Part shown: positions 8,150 to 19,602 of the stretch, piece by piece | Layout of the letters: each line of letters begins with the position of its first letter | Position numbering within the stretch: the first letter of the stretch is position 1 | IMG/VR virus record: IMGVR_UViG_3300025644_000002 | Length of the DNA stretch: 64,000 nucleotides | Strand: one strand, 5' to 3' | From: a virus | Lineage: Duplodnaviria; Heunggongvirae; Uroviricota; Caudoviricetes | Notes under the pieces: model-generated | The model's database searches: none | Seen by the model: only the letters and a program-made list of their open reading frames with translations | Told to the model about the DNA's origin: nothing | Position numbers and translations under genes: made by a program

Positions 8150-8941
8150 ATGAAGATTTATACTCATCAGCACGTAGATTTAGATAACTCTTGTTGTTTA
8201 GCGTTGCTGTTATTACACTATCCTGAGTTGGATTACAGTGACATAATTTTTGTACCAGCAAATTGGGATGGAGAAGGTTTAAAAGAAGAAGATATAGCTA
8301 TAGATATATGGGCTAACGGAAAAGGTATGAAGGGGGATGGTAAATCTGGGGAACTTACAGGAGCTGCGTTTACAGAACTTTTGAATACTCTCAATAACCG
8401 AGAATATAATAGCGCCTATAGTAAATTAAATTTATTACTAAAAGGATTAGAGCGCTACGGACACATATATCATTATATAGAAAAAGCTGATTATTTAGGA
8501 ATTTGGGATGTATGGAAATTCTTACGACTAGAATGTCCCGACGACGCCGAGTTCGTTCAACTTTGGTATCCTGTAATCGGTGGTATGTTATTAGACTATA
8601 AAACTAGAATGTTAGCTAAGACAGAAGCTAAATTAGCTAATACAGTTTATGACAAAATTGCTATTTTAAAAAATTCAAAAAGTAAGTATACAGGCACCCA
8701 TCTATTTAGACGTGGGGCTCTTTTTGTAATTTATGAAGATGGAAACAATCTAAGTGTGAAACGCTGCAATGGTTCTCCAGAAATACATGTGGGTAATCAT
8801 TTAAAAGAATATTTGCCAGACTGGTTCCATCACCCAGACGGATTTTTCAGTGCTTGGGGTTCTCCTAAAGCGCCTGCGACAGAGCCTCCAGCCATAAATG
8901 CTGAAGACTTAGCAGAATTATTAGTACCATTAACTAAATAA
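8150..8941 (+). CDS. Possible DHH/MYG1-like hydrolase
   Basis: KIYTHQHVDLD N-terminal motif; WFHHPDGF C-terminal motif. Confidence 0.4.
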   Translation: MKIYTHQHVDLDNSCCLALLLLHYPELDYSDIIFVPANWDGEGLKEEDIAIDIWANGKGMKGDGKSGELTGAAFTELLNTLNNREYNSAYSKLNLLLKGLERYGHIYHYIEKADYLGIWDVWKFLRLECPDDAEFVQLWYPVIGGMLLDYKTRMLAKTEAKLANTVYDKIAILKNSKSKYTGTHLFRRGALFVIYEDGNNLSVKRCNGSPEIHVGNHLKEYLPDWFHHPDGFFSAWGSPKAPATEPPAINAEDLAELLVPLTK

Positions 8942-8955
8942 AAAAAAGGAATAAT

Positions 8956-9324
8956 ATGACAACAGAAAATTCAATAATGGTTATAAGACCTTACTGGGAT
9001 ATGGGCACCTGGGTCTTCGATGATGAGGCCGTAGGCCTATTACGAGAACCATTCGTATCCGGGGCTCCAGAAATGATTGATGCCCTAATAACTATGGCTG
9101 GAGGGCATCCAGAAGATGTTCGTACTGGTTTCAACTTATTCTTTAGCGGAATCAAATACCCTGACAGTGTTGTGGAGGCTACAAGAATGGAAGAGGATGA
9201 ATTTCCAATGGGAACTTGGTATGAGGAAGCAACTACTGGAATGACTTTCTGGTTATGCCCAGCGCTATTAAAGTATTTTAGTACACCTCCGGAGTCAATA
9301 TTCGCGCATGTAACGCTCGACTAA
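8956..9324 (+). CDS. DUF6717-like protein
   Basis: IMVIRPYWDMGTWVFDDEAVGLLREPFVSGA...FWLCPALLKYF. Confidence 0.6.
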   Translation: MTTENSIMVIRPYWDMGTWVFDDEAVGLLREPFVSGAPEMIDALITMAGGHPEDVRTGFNLFFSGIKYPDSVVEATRMEEDEFPMGTWYEEATTGMTFWLCPALLKYFSTPPESIFAHVTLD

Positions 9325-9336
9325 AAACTAAAAAAA

Positions 9337-9359
9337 TAGGCGGGTTACATCCCCGCCTA
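9337..9359. terminator. Bidirectional rho-independent terminator between convergent blocks
   Basis: A-run, TAGGCGGG/CCCGCCTA stem, T-run. Confidence 0.8.
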
Positions 9360-9381
9360 CTTTCCTTTTTACATTAATTTC

Positions 9382-10104
9382 TTAGTCTTCGTAACAGTCT
9401 AATATCTCTCGTATCAAGCCGTGCCTAACAATATCCTCCCTGGTAAAGTTTGCAGTAGTAATATCTTTTATTTTGGATAGACGTGCCATGGCGTCTTCTA
9501 AACCGCTGATATCATCCTTATCACTTTGCTTTGGATCTCCAGTTATAATCATTTTAGAATCTCTTCCTAATCTAGTTAAAAAGGTCTTCATAGCTGTACA
9601 AGAGGAATTCTGGGATTCGTCATATAAAACTACTTTGTTTTCAAATTCCATACCTCTTAAAAAAGCTGGTACCACAATATTAATAATACCAGTGGTTTCC
9701 AAAATATCTGTTATTTGTTTCCCAATTATTTTTTCAAACTTTTGCCAATATGGGTTCATAAAAGGATCAGTTTTCTCTTTCATACCCCCCTTTAATCATC
9801 CGAATTTTTCATTATCTACGCAAATTAAAGGTTTACAAATTACTATTCCATCGACAGGAGATTCTTTATCTGCTAATTGTTTTAAAGCGAAGTGCACTGA
9901 TAAATGAGTCTTACCTGTACCTGCAGGACCTTTTGAGAAAATTATTGTTTTCTTCTCCATAGCTTTATAAAATTTTTCCTGAGCTTTAGTTAAAAATTTC
10001 AAATCCCCTAATTTTACAGGAGAAGATTTTGAAGAAAAAAATAAATGGTGCAATTGTCGTAATGCTTGGTGTTTATTACTACAGTCTTGAGAGTTGTGTT
10101 GCAT
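9382..10104 (-). CDS. phoH: PhoH-family ATPase, 240 aa (one in-frame TGA at 9796)
   Basis: GPAGTGKT, FLRGMEF, YDESQN, TRLG...IITGDPKQSD; TGA falls at the aromatic position of the GEKLG-F-LPG motif (EKFG-W-LKGG). Confidence 0.88.
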
Positions 10105-10113
10105 TGAGCCTCC

Positions 10114-10605
10114 TTAGAAACGTTGTCCGGGAGTCTTATATGTATATATTGGAGCTTCCGAATCTTTCGCTAAGCGTGTTTTAGTTAATCGTTTTTTGGT
10201 AAGTCCCGGAACCTCTTTTTTTATTTTTGGTATATCTATAATTGTAGGTTTCGGCTGTTTGATCGGAGGAACTACCTTTGGTTCAGAGGCAGTTTCTAAA
10301 TTATCTTTATATTCTGGATGTATTTTTAGATAGGTTTGGTATTCATTTTTAGGTACAAGTTCGTAAAACACATTAGGTAGCTCTTTAGCATGACCTAATC
10401 GTTCTACCTCAGGCCAACCTTCTCCAGCACTAACTAATTTTATAGTACCAATATTGTACCCCCATTGTTTATTAGGGTGGTGGGATATAAGGGCGCAAGG
10501 CTCCTCATTTGAAATTAATATAATACGGCCATCTAAGGCCTCAGCATTAAATTCATATTGTCGTCAAACGACTATAGGGTTATCTGCCTTTTTAAAAAAG
10601 GGCAT
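10114..10605 (-). CDS. Hypothetical protein, 163 aa (one TGA at 10564)
   Basis: ATG directly after RNAP stop; frame runs into the track ORF 10114..10371 if TGA=Trp. Confidence 0.55.
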
Positions 10606-10608
10606 TTA

Positions 10609-13600
10609 TTAAAAGAATTCCCCCTTTTGATAATTAGTGTTTTTACCAAAGTTATCTCCATAAATGAACGCTGGTACAGGGTCTTTACCTCGAATGTTAG
10701 CTCATAAGCCTTTTGCAGCTCCTACAGTTAAGCCCCGTTTTACTCTGTTCGCACTAACTCTAGTTAACCAATCGTCGCTATCAGCATTTAATGAGTCTAT
10801 TGATTTAAAATATGCGTCATATTCGATTAATGGAAGTTTTTCTTTTTTTCTATCTTTGTTTAGAGCGTTTAAATAACTTATAGTAGTTCTATCTCCTCTT
10901 AGGAATCCGCTACCCTCAGGAGCTACTGTAATTTGGGCATTATCACTAATTCCACGAATTACGGTTTCAAATGTTTTATTAAAGAATTTTCCCCCATAAA
11001 CTTTTGAAGCTTCTTCTACTAAATACTTCTGAGCTGATAAGTGATCCTTTAATTCTCCAAGTTCCTGAGGTTTTATAATTCCATCAGATATGGCGTCTCC
11101 AATTCCTATTTTAACTCCTTCTGTTACAATAGGCAGTCTACCGGAAGGTATAGTAAAGGTTTTATCATTCTTTTCCCCATAACCCTCTATCCTAACGGAG
11201 TACCCTCCAGTAAGATTTTTCTTAATAGATTTTATAGTCCCCTTTACAGTAGATAACGTAGCTTTTCCACTTAATTTTTGAGGTACAAAAAATAATTGTT
11301 TTAAACGTGGGAAACCAGTTACAGCACCACCACCACCGCCACCTAAGGCAGTTCCCCCTGTATGGAAAGTTTGCATAACTAATTGTGTAGATCTTTCGGT
11401 AATGGCCTGTCCGTCTAATACTCCTACCGCTTCTCCTAATACAGATAATTTTCCATTAGGCATTAACCCATAACAGGCTTGACAAATCCCTTCAACTGCT
11501 TCGCAAGTTAATGGCGATCTAACCCATAGAGTTTTTAATTTATCCTTTTTAGCTCTTAATAAAACATTTGAATCTACAATGTCATTTCTTTTCCCCACAC
11601 CCGATACAGAGTTAAGTAACATGCGATCTATAACATTCTTGTCATTTACGCCAATTTCTAAACCTTTACGAGTATTACAATCTTCTACAGTTATTAACAA
11701 ACGTCTATTAATGTTTAATAACGCTTTGTTTAAAGCACCAGATTGCTCTGTATTTACGGACCTGTCAATATTACCTTTACGAACTCCATATAAGGACGCA
11801 AAATAAGAAGGGGTATCTAAACCCTCTCCATACGATTTTAACACAGGATAGGGGATAGGACGGCCTTTGGTGTCCATTAGAACCCCAGGCATAGATAAAA
11901 TTTGTCGTACAGAATCAGTTTTACCAAATGAGCCTGAATCCAACATGTCGTAGATGTTATTTCTACCCCGTACACTTTTATCCTGAGCTTTTTGAACTTC
12001 TATAGTTAATTTGTTTAAAGAGTCAATTCTAGTCTGCCCTTTTAATTTATTAATTGCAGGAAGTTTTTCTTTTAAAAGATCATCTCTATAGGCTCTATCT
12101 ATTACAAAGTCATTTAATGATAAGGTATTGCCATGTAAAGTGGCCTGCATAGCTCCTAAAGATTTCCAAGAATTAATTACATCTGTAAAATAATTAGGGT
12201 AAGTAGTTGCGATAGTGGTTAAAAGTTTTTCAGACACTTTAGCAGTTAATACTCGTTCGTAATCCCTTAATTTTTCAGGTAATTCAGAATTAATATAAAA
12301 CTGCCCTATAGTCACTTTTGTACCGTTAAGATCAAACTGAGTAGTCCATGGAATTTTGGCTTTTTTAGCGTCAGAAATAGATTTAAAAGATTCTTTAGAT
12401 TTTTCTTTAATAAGACTTAGCTGGTGTATTCCAAAAACATATTCTTTACTAATCTCTGGAACAATAGAGTTATCTCCATGCTTAAATAAGATCTTGCTAG
12501 GCATCATGTTTTTAGCTTCCTCTACAGATTCAGCAGAAACAGGTACCATTACAGACATAGTATCGCCGTCAAAATCAGCGTTGAAACCTCTCATAACAAG
12601 AGGATTCATTCTAATAGATTTACCATCTACTAATTGAGGTTTAAAAGCTTGAACTCCATGCTTATGAAGTGTAGGAGCTCTGTTCATAATTACGGGTCTA
12701 CGTTTCATTTCATCAACGAGAGCTGATTTTGCTAAATCAGTTTCATCTTTGTATTCCCTTACTGCGGCTGTAGCTTTTAATCCAAATTCCTTTAAATTCT
12801 TTATAATAAAAGGTTTATAAATAGAATAAGCTATTTTAAATGGAGTACCTACCTCATTTAGACCTAAATCGGGGTCAACAATGATAGTACTTCGAGCACT
12901 TAAGTCTTGACGCTTGCCCCAGGATTTTCCTTGTATTAAGCCTTTTTTACTTTCTCCTATTTCTTCTAAAATCCCTTTATACTTTTCACCGCCATAGGTT
13001 ATAGGTTCTATAAAACCTTGCATAGCTCTTACAGAATCATACAATGATCTATTAGCTCTTAAAACCTCATCTGCGCCTATAATATCTTTAGTACTTTTTA
13101 AAGCTGTGTTTATAACCCCAATATCTCTATAATGTTTATTGATATCGCTAGTCATTAAATCACCAGTAGGTAAAGAATAGATAGGTCTAAATTTAGGAGG
13201 TAATATTGGTATTTTAGTAATAGTATAGGCTTCTTTTGGGTTTAATTTCATTCTACTTAAATTTTGTAGATACCTAACCTTAGTATTTAAACTATTCACC
13301 GAGGATACAGGGGCAGTTTTTAAAGCTGCTGTAGCCTTAACAAGCTCAGCGTCAACATCATAGGCTTCTAAAGCAGAGATAATAGCCGGAATTCCAGACT
13401 TACCTTTTAGCTTTAATTTCCCATCTATAATGTCGCTATATTTCTTGTCAGTAATACCTAATATTTTAGTAATTGCAGGAGCAAACATAGGATTAGGTAA
13501 ATTAGTTGCTAAATTAATATGAGACCATAACGTGCCGCTAATTCCACCAGTAATCTTTTCATCGAATAATCCACCGGCTCTAGTCATTAAATTTTTACCA

Positions 13601-16600
13601 ACTAACATAGTTCCTGGCTTTTCTAATGCGCCATTAGACAGCTTAGTAACATCTTTGTCAGTTAATGGTAAAATTTGTAGTTTATTACCTTTTTTAGTAA
13701 CATTAACACCTAGACCTTGAATATAGGTTGTTAGCTTTTCAAATACAAAGTTTCTAGAAGGCTTACTAGGCGGCAGTCCCAATTGTAGGTCTCTTCAGTA
13801 TTCATCGTTAGACCTTCCTTTAATCTCTCCAATATCTCGTAAATTGGCTTTTGCTCCGTGGGCCAGATATGCATAATTATCTAAAATCCCTACATGCTGT
13901 GAACCCTTTCCTACAGGCTGTTCGTCTATATCATATTGGCCGATACCATGAGCCCCTAATTTTTTGTTGACTATATGTCGAAGTTTGAAAAAATACTGTT
14001 GTCCTACAAAAATTTGATTATCAAAAGCTTTGCCAGTTTTACCATCTGTTAAAGTTTCATCAGGTTCTATACCAAGTTCTTTCATTTCTGCTAAAACTTC
14101 TGCAGATCTGTCACCTTCTGGATTATTAAAATTCTTAACAATATAAGGTTTACCAGTTTTTTTAGCAATTTTACCAGCTGCCGTCTCTAAAATTTGACCA
14201 ATGTTCATACGAGAAGGAACTCCATGAGCATTTAACATTATGTCAATAGGGGTACCATCCTCTCTATGAGGGGCATCTGCGTCTGGAATAATTTTAGTAA
14301 CAATAGATTTATTACCATAACGCCCAGAAAGTTTATCACCTTCTTTAAAAGGATGGGTAGATTTAACATAAATATCTATGTTTCTACCAGTCTTAACTAC
14401 ATCAGTTACCACTCCCGGCTCATCTTCAGACCATTCAGTTAAATTTTTATTAAATTGTCCAAAAGTATATTTACTTAATTTATGTAAAGCTACCTCATGG
14501 TCGTCCATTTCACGCTTAACTAAAAATGCAATTAATACATCTTCTGGATTAACTGTTTCTCCTACCTTAATAATACCAGAGCTATCTAATTTTTTTCTAT
14601 TATCTGGGGTTATAGCGTCTGGGTACCAGGCACTAAATTTTTCTAAACTAAATGCAGATAATTTAGGAGTAAAAAATACATTTACTTTATGGAGCATAGA
14701 ATGAGAAAGTTTATTAGCAGCTGATTCTGTAATTACAGCGCCATCTTCATAATTATAACCCTTATAAGTCATATAGGCTGTAGTTAAATTTTTTCCTATA
14801 GACAGGGTATCTCCACTGGAATAATTATTTTCAGCTAATATAGTTTTACTATTAACCTCATCTCCCACGTTTACTAAAGGAGTAGAATCTAAATAACCAT
14901 CTTGATTTAATGGGAAATTGTTATATAAACCTTTTTTAGTTTTAGATCCATCTTTTCCAATGATATAAATATAATCTTTAGTAATTTTACTAACTGTTCC
15001 AGTACGAGGTTTCCCTTTTAAATTAGGTCCGTATACTGGATTAAGAAAATTACCAAGAATCTTTTCATAAGTAGAATCTTTATCTCTATAGGTTTGTACT
15101 AAAGGAGCTTCTTTATTATCTAAAGCCATAGCTTGAGTCATCATACGAGCACCAGTAGCACTTCTATTACCCTGAACTGCGTCTAAAAATGGAATAGCAT
15201 TAGCGGCAAAAGAAAACATTGATCTTGGAGACCTTATATAATAATTAGCCTTACTTGGGGCAATACGTATAAGTTCACCCTTATACATTGCGTGTATTGA
15301 CTTAAATTTAGGAGTAATAGTAGAGCCAGATATTTCATATTGATCTGGGTACACTACATAACTTTCAAAGAATTCTAAAGGACTAATATATACTAGTTTA
15401 CCAGAAGTATTATATACTGGAGATTTCAGCTCATTACCTTCTTTAACAACCTCAGAGGTCATTCCTAAAGTTACTCCAATTTTTGAACCTTCTGGAGAAG
15501 CTGTAGAGTCTATAAACCCTAAGTGTGTAGGCTGTACATCCCTAGTTTCTTCAGTAATTGAGTGCTTACTTTTTATTCCACCAGTACCCATAGGAGAGGT
15601 TTTTCTTCATTCGGATACAATAGCTACAGGATTTGTTTGTGGAGGAGTTGAGCTTAAATCGCCAGTAGTAAAAAATAGTTTAATAGGTTTTGAAAAAGTA
15701 CCAGCACTTACTATTTCTCGTACTTGATCTTTGAACATCATAGATGATCGTAATTTTTTAGTAAGAGAGTCTTTTTGTTTATCAAAATGATTAATAAGTA
15801 AGTCATCTACTGATAAAATTTGTTTAAAAACTAAACTATCTCTGTCATCTGGTTCTGCTGTACCTTTATTAATATCTAATAATTTCTTAGAAGAGTCTAG
15901 TAAAGCTTGTCCATTAACATTAGAGTGTTTTCGACCCAAAGTTAAGAGGGTAGTGTTGGGGTCTACTTTAGTGAAGTTTTCAAAATAGTCTTTTAATTTG
16001 GTAAGAACTTCTGAGTAGTCTTTAGGATCTCTATGATAAATTTTAGTGAAAATAGAAGTCATTTCAGAAATTTCTGTGTTGAGAGCATTCTTCTTATTAA
16101 CTTCTAATAGTTTGGTACCCCAAACCTTACGCATAGCCTCATCGCCTACACCTAATAAATTTAATAAAGTTCAGAGTCTATATTTTCTATTATCGAAAAT
16201 AACTACAAATTTTTCAGAAATAGGATCTAATTGCATTTTAAAATTAAGACCTTTTTCTAAATTGAATTCATTTTCTAACTCACCATTCTTCTTAATACGA
16301 GCATATATACCCGGCTTTCTTCGAAGTTGATTAACGGTTTGGTATTCATTTCCTTCAATAATAGTAGTAAACCTATTTGTTAATTTAGGGATATTTCCTA
16401 TCTTAGCATTCTTTTTTTGGTTAATAACTTTTCCAGTGCTATCTTTTAAAAGTATATCAGCGTATAAAGGTATTTGTCAGCTACGCCTATTGATTTTTAA
16501 CTCTTTCTGTTTAGGGAAATCGTCAGAACTAAGATTGTCAACTATTTTTAAATTAGCTATTTCTAGAGTTCTATCACCGGCGGTGACTGGAAAAACGTTA

Positions 16601-16668
16601 TTTATAGACTTTAGGATAGCCTGTTGGATATTTGAGTTCTGTTTGTTGTAATTTAATAAATCTGCCAT
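10609..16668 (-). CDS. rpoBC: Fused beta/beta-prime multisubunit-type RNA polymerase, 2019 aa (5 in-frame TGA)
   Basis: Track ORFs 16477..16668, 15607..16134, 13795..15591, 10702..13782 share one frame and are separated only by TGA (16477, 16171, 15607, 13795, 10702); motifs NQLRRKPG, RDVQPTHLG, GDKLSGRYGNK, RAPTLH, NADFDGD, TQLVMQTFHTGG. Confidence 0.9.
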
Positions 16669-16686
16669 ATTGTTTTTAAATTTTTA

Positions 16687-16697
16687 TGGTATAAGAA
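16687..16697 (+). promoter_or_regulatory. Putative early promoter for the RT operon
   Basis: TGGTATAAGAA, shared with 4271 and 59608. Confidence 0.55.
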
Positions 16698-16733
16698 GTT
16701 AGATGAAGAACCTATCTGCATTTTAAACTTTGT

Positions 16734-16750
16734 CTTTAAATATAAAGCAA
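16734..16750 (-). promoter_or_regulatory. Putative late promoter upstream of RNAP gene
   Basis: TTGCTTTATATTTAAAG, variant of the motif at 21105(+), 33876(-), 59554(-). Confidence 0.45.
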
Positions 16751-16783
16751 AGTAGGTTAAGAGTCAAGGGAGGTTTGAGCAAA

Positions 16784-16900
16784 ATGTTCATCCCAATTTA
16801 TATATTCAAGAGCTTGATATTTTTTAATGCAAGAAAAAGAATTACAGATGGAGAGAATGAGAACGCAAATGACGAAATATTTACTCCACCAAAAGACTAA
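16784..16900 (+). CDS. Small ORF, 38 aa
   Basis: GGAGG RBS ahead of ATG 16784. Confidence 0.4.
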   Translation: MFIPIYIFKSLIFFNARKRITDGENENANDEIFTPPKD

Positions 16901-16991
16901 ATAAAATAAAAAAAATACACGCTATAAAAAAAGAAGTCAACATCGCTTGATTTCTTTTTTACATTAAGTTATTGTAATCAAAAGAAATAAA

Positions 16992-17150
16992 ATGAATGAG
17001 AAGAAAGAACGTATTAAAAAACTGATTACGAAAACGGTACAAGATATAACTGAATTAACAATAGAACTAGTATACAACGATGAAGACAACGAAACAATTA
17101 AAGATTCAAATGATGGAGAAGATAAGTCCTCATCTACCGAATCTAACTAA
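16992..17150 (+). CDS. Small acidic ORF, 52 aa
   Basis: MNEKKERIKKLITKTVQDITELTIELVYND..., below the track length cut-off. Confidence 0.4.
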   Translation: MNEKKERIKKLITKTVQDITELTIELVYNDEDNETIKDSNDGEDKSSSTESN

Positions 17151-17412
17151 GGACGGGGCCTGTGTACATTTAAATACTAAATTTATAACAAAAATAGATA
17201 TTGCAGTGAAAAAGAATGCATTTAATATGGTTTATACTATATTTTATACATTTCATAGCAATGTTCCAGAATTAAAAATTATACATTTAGGACTTACCCC
17301 CTCCAGTATGATAACAGAAAATGATTTACTAGAAGTTCTTAGTAAGTATTGTGTATCTCTTGAAGAGGACGCAGACGCTTTATTAAGGCAATATAATCTT
17401 TTTAACAAATGA
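17080..17412 (+). CDS. Hypothetical protein translationally coupled to RT (candidate retron partner)
   Basis: ATGA overlap with RT start; ends in TGA. Confidence 0.6.
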   Translation: MKTTKQLKIQMMEKISPHLPNLTKDGACVHLNTKFITKIDIAVKKNAFNMVYTIFYTFHSNVPELKIIHLGLTPSSMITENDLLEVLSKYCVSLEEDADALLRQYNLFNK

Positions 17413-18299
17413 CAATTTACGAATTAATAGAAACACCAAAAACTGAAATAGAACAATTAGTAACTACTAAAATAAAGCAGTATAGAAGGTTCCCGATTAC
17501 AAAAAAGTCTGGAAAATTAAGGTGGCTTAATGAGCCGTCTGAGGCTTTAAAACAAGTTCAAACAAAGTTTTTAAATAATTTCTTATATAAATTTAAGACC
17601 CACCCGATAGCGGTAGGGTTTAGACGTAATATCAGCGTAAAAGAAGGTGCTAAACGACATTTTGGAAATAAGACTTTATTAAATATAGATTTAAGAGGTT
17701 TTTTCGATTCTGTAACAGCTAGCATGGTTTTACCTGAAATGATTAAGAGGCTTCATAGTTATAATAACCAACACACCCTTGAATGGGATGAAGCAGACGC
17801 AAGACTACTTACGTCTTTAATTACGCTAAATGGGGCATTACCGCAAGGATCTCCTACGAGTCCGGCTATGGCTAATTTAGTATGTTACAAAATGGATATA
17901 GATTTACAAGACTTTGCAAAACAAAATAAACTAATAGTTACTAGATACGCTGACGATATTAGTTTTAGTCATCTCTCCAAACGCTATCCGCTTTTGGATC
18001 ATATAATAGAAATTACCAAAATGGTACAAAAATATCATTTTAAACTAAATTACAAAAAGACTAGAATTATGAGGCCGCATAGACGGATGTCAGTAACTGG
18101 AATCGTAATAAACGACAAATACGGTATTCCAAAATATAAACGAAAAATATTTAGAGCTATTTTACATCAAAAACGAAACGTCGACATAACAGAAAGGGAA
18201 TACCAGCAATTAAGAGGTTATGCCGAATGGATTAGATTTTTAAATCCTGAACAAGGGCAAAAATTTATAGATGAAATAGCTAAAATGAATGTAGTATGA
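17409..18299 (+). CDS. Retron-type reverse transcriptase, 296 aa
   Basis: IDLRGFFDSV, LPQGSPTSP, RYADDI, region-X-like EGAKRH and region-Y VTG motif; no maturase or nuclease extension. Confidence 0.92.
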   Translation: MTIYELIETPKTEIEQLVTTKIKQYRRFPITKKSGKLRWLNEPSEALKQVQTKFLNNFLYKFKTHPIAVGFRRNISVKEGAKRHFGNKTLLNIDLRGFFDSVTASMVLPEMIKRLHSYNNQHTLEWDEADARLLTSLITLNGALPQGSPTSPAMANLVCYKMDIDLQDFAKQNKLIVTRYADDISFSHLSKRYPLLDHIIEITKMVQKYHFKLNYKKTRIMRPHRRMSVTGIVINDKYGIPKYKRKIFRAILHQKRNVDITEREYQQLRGYAEWIRFLNPEQGQKFIDEIAKMNVV

Positions 18300-18312
18300 G
18301 GCACTAAAAGAA

Positions 18313-18447
18313 ATGGACGTCAAGCTAGGCAAAACAATTGGACTGATGCTAATAATAGCTTTTGCAAAAATTGCAATCCTATTAGCAGAAACCAAAGTTA
18401 TTGATTTGACAACCGAAGAACCTAGCGACAACTCAAGTGACAGTTAA
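18313..18447 (+). CDS. Small single-TM protein, 44 aa
   Basis: MDVKLGKTIGLMLIIAFAKIAILLAETKVID... Confidence 0.5.
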   Translation: MDVKLGKTIGLMLIIAFAKIAILLAETKVIDLTTEEPSDNSSDS

Positions 18448-18449
18448 TA

Positions 18450-18686
18450 ATGAGAAAATATAAACATTACAAGATAGTTTTAGAGACCGGAAAGAAAAAA
18501 AGTACCAACAGGATATTATATGTCAAAGTACCGGCAGACCCGGCAGTTGACGGCATAATATACGCCCTGGATATATCAAGGAAAATTAGAGATTCAAGAT
18601 TGAGGTCAATCGTAGGAATCACCCATGAACATTATATGAAGGGTATAGATATGAAGTACACCAACGAGAGCCACGCTGTATTCTAA
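18450..18686 (+). CDS. Basic hypothetical protein
   Basis: 78 aa in RT operon. Confidence 0.55.
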   Translation: MRKYKHYKIVLETGKKKSTNRILYVKVPADPAVDGIIYALDISRKIRDSRLRSIVGITHEHYMKGIDMKYTNESHAVF

Positions 18687-18699
18687 ACCACAGTAGCCT

Positions 18700-19404
18700 A
18701 TGCAGTTGCGTGCGTTTACAGAGAATAGCAAAACAATCCTTTCAGTTGATTTTAACAGAGATTTCACATGTGAACAGAAATGTGAATACTGTTATGTCGA
18801 AAATATGGAAAGAATTTATTCTGCTTATCTCAATAAAATCACGAGAAACGCACAATGGGCAACTGAAAACCCACAAGGGTTCGCCCAGCAACTGAACACT
18901 GAATACACAAAACTGACAAAAAGCAAAGCTAAATCTTATAAAAGATTAGGAAAAATGCCCGTAAGATTATACGGATCAGGAGATTTTAAACCAAAACATT
19001 TGGAATTCATTCAAAATTTAGATTTTAAATTTTTTATCATATCCAAAAATTTAACAAAACCTGAATATTATACTTATATAAGTCAGCTCTTAAAAACACA
19101 AAACGTTACAAAAATTCTATTAAGTTTTGATAATGCAAATCTTCAAAACTACATAAAATTAGGAAAATTATTTGGAAAAGATAGAATAGGCTTTTGCTAT
19201 ACAGGAATGGCGGATGAATTTAACGAAGTAACCGAACCGTTCAATGTCTTTTTCAATATATCCAAAAAACAAAAAGAAAGAGCGAAATCCAGATTAATTA
19301 AAGAACAATGCCCATGTGATAGTGGGGTTTTAGCGCATAAAGAAAGTTGCTCTTATTGTTCAAAATGCTGGAGATCGTCAATAACCAATATACGCAATGG
19401 ATAA
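18700..19404 (+). CDS. Fe-S/radical-SAM-like (gp88-like) protein
   Basis: CEQKCEYC (CxxxCxxC), VRLYGSGDF, C-terminal CPC...SCSYCSKC. Confidence 0.55.
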   Translation: MQLRAFTENSKTILSVDFNRDFTCEQKCEYCYVENMERIYSAYLNKITRNAQWATENPQGFAQQLNTEYTKLTKSKAKSYKRLGKMPVRLYGSGDFKPKHLEFIQNLDFKFFIISKNLTKPEYYTYISQLLKTQNVTKILLSFDNANLQNYIKLGKLFGKDRIGFCYTGMADEFNEVTEPFNVFFNISKKQKERAKSRLIKEQCPCDSGVLAHKESCSYCSKCWRSSITNIRNG

Positions 19405-19594
19405 AGAAATAATTAGTGATTTAAATGAAGCGTATGAAAGCGTAGCGATTGAATTTTCAAATTTTCGCAATGCTCACCAATTATATGCCAAAACATGGCA
19501 AGTTAGATATGCCAAAATGGCTCGAAGTAGTTTATTAAAATTAAAAAGAATAATTAAGAAATATAGAGTCCTTTCGTTAGAAGAGGCCAAATAG
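19397..19594 (+). CDS. Histone H1-like (Hc1-family) small protein
   Basis: ARSSLLKLKRIIKKYRVLSLEEAK resembles the ARKASLEIEKAMKEFRKASLE-type C-terminus. Confidence 0.5.
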   Translation: MDKEIISDLNEAYESVAIEFSNFRNAHQLYAKTWQVRYAKMARSSLLKLKRIIKKYRVLSLEEAK

Positions 19595-19602
19595 CTAATT
19601 CT

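Noticed and set aside
10664-16651. Plus-strand ORFs antisense to the RNA polymerase, and similar short antisense ORFs elsewhere
   Set aside because: Fully nested opposite a motif-bearing gene, with no RBS or recognisable content
16669-17079. Retron RNA or repeat array directly upstream of RT
   Set aside because: No a1/a2-type inverted repeat or periodic repeats found by eye; the region holds promoter motifs and two small ORFs
17409-18299. RT as group II intron, DGR or CRISPR-associated RT
   Set aside because: Short RT without maturase/endonuclease or Cas1 domain, no template/variable repeat pair noticed, retron-type VTG motif, and a clear msr-msd RNA nearby
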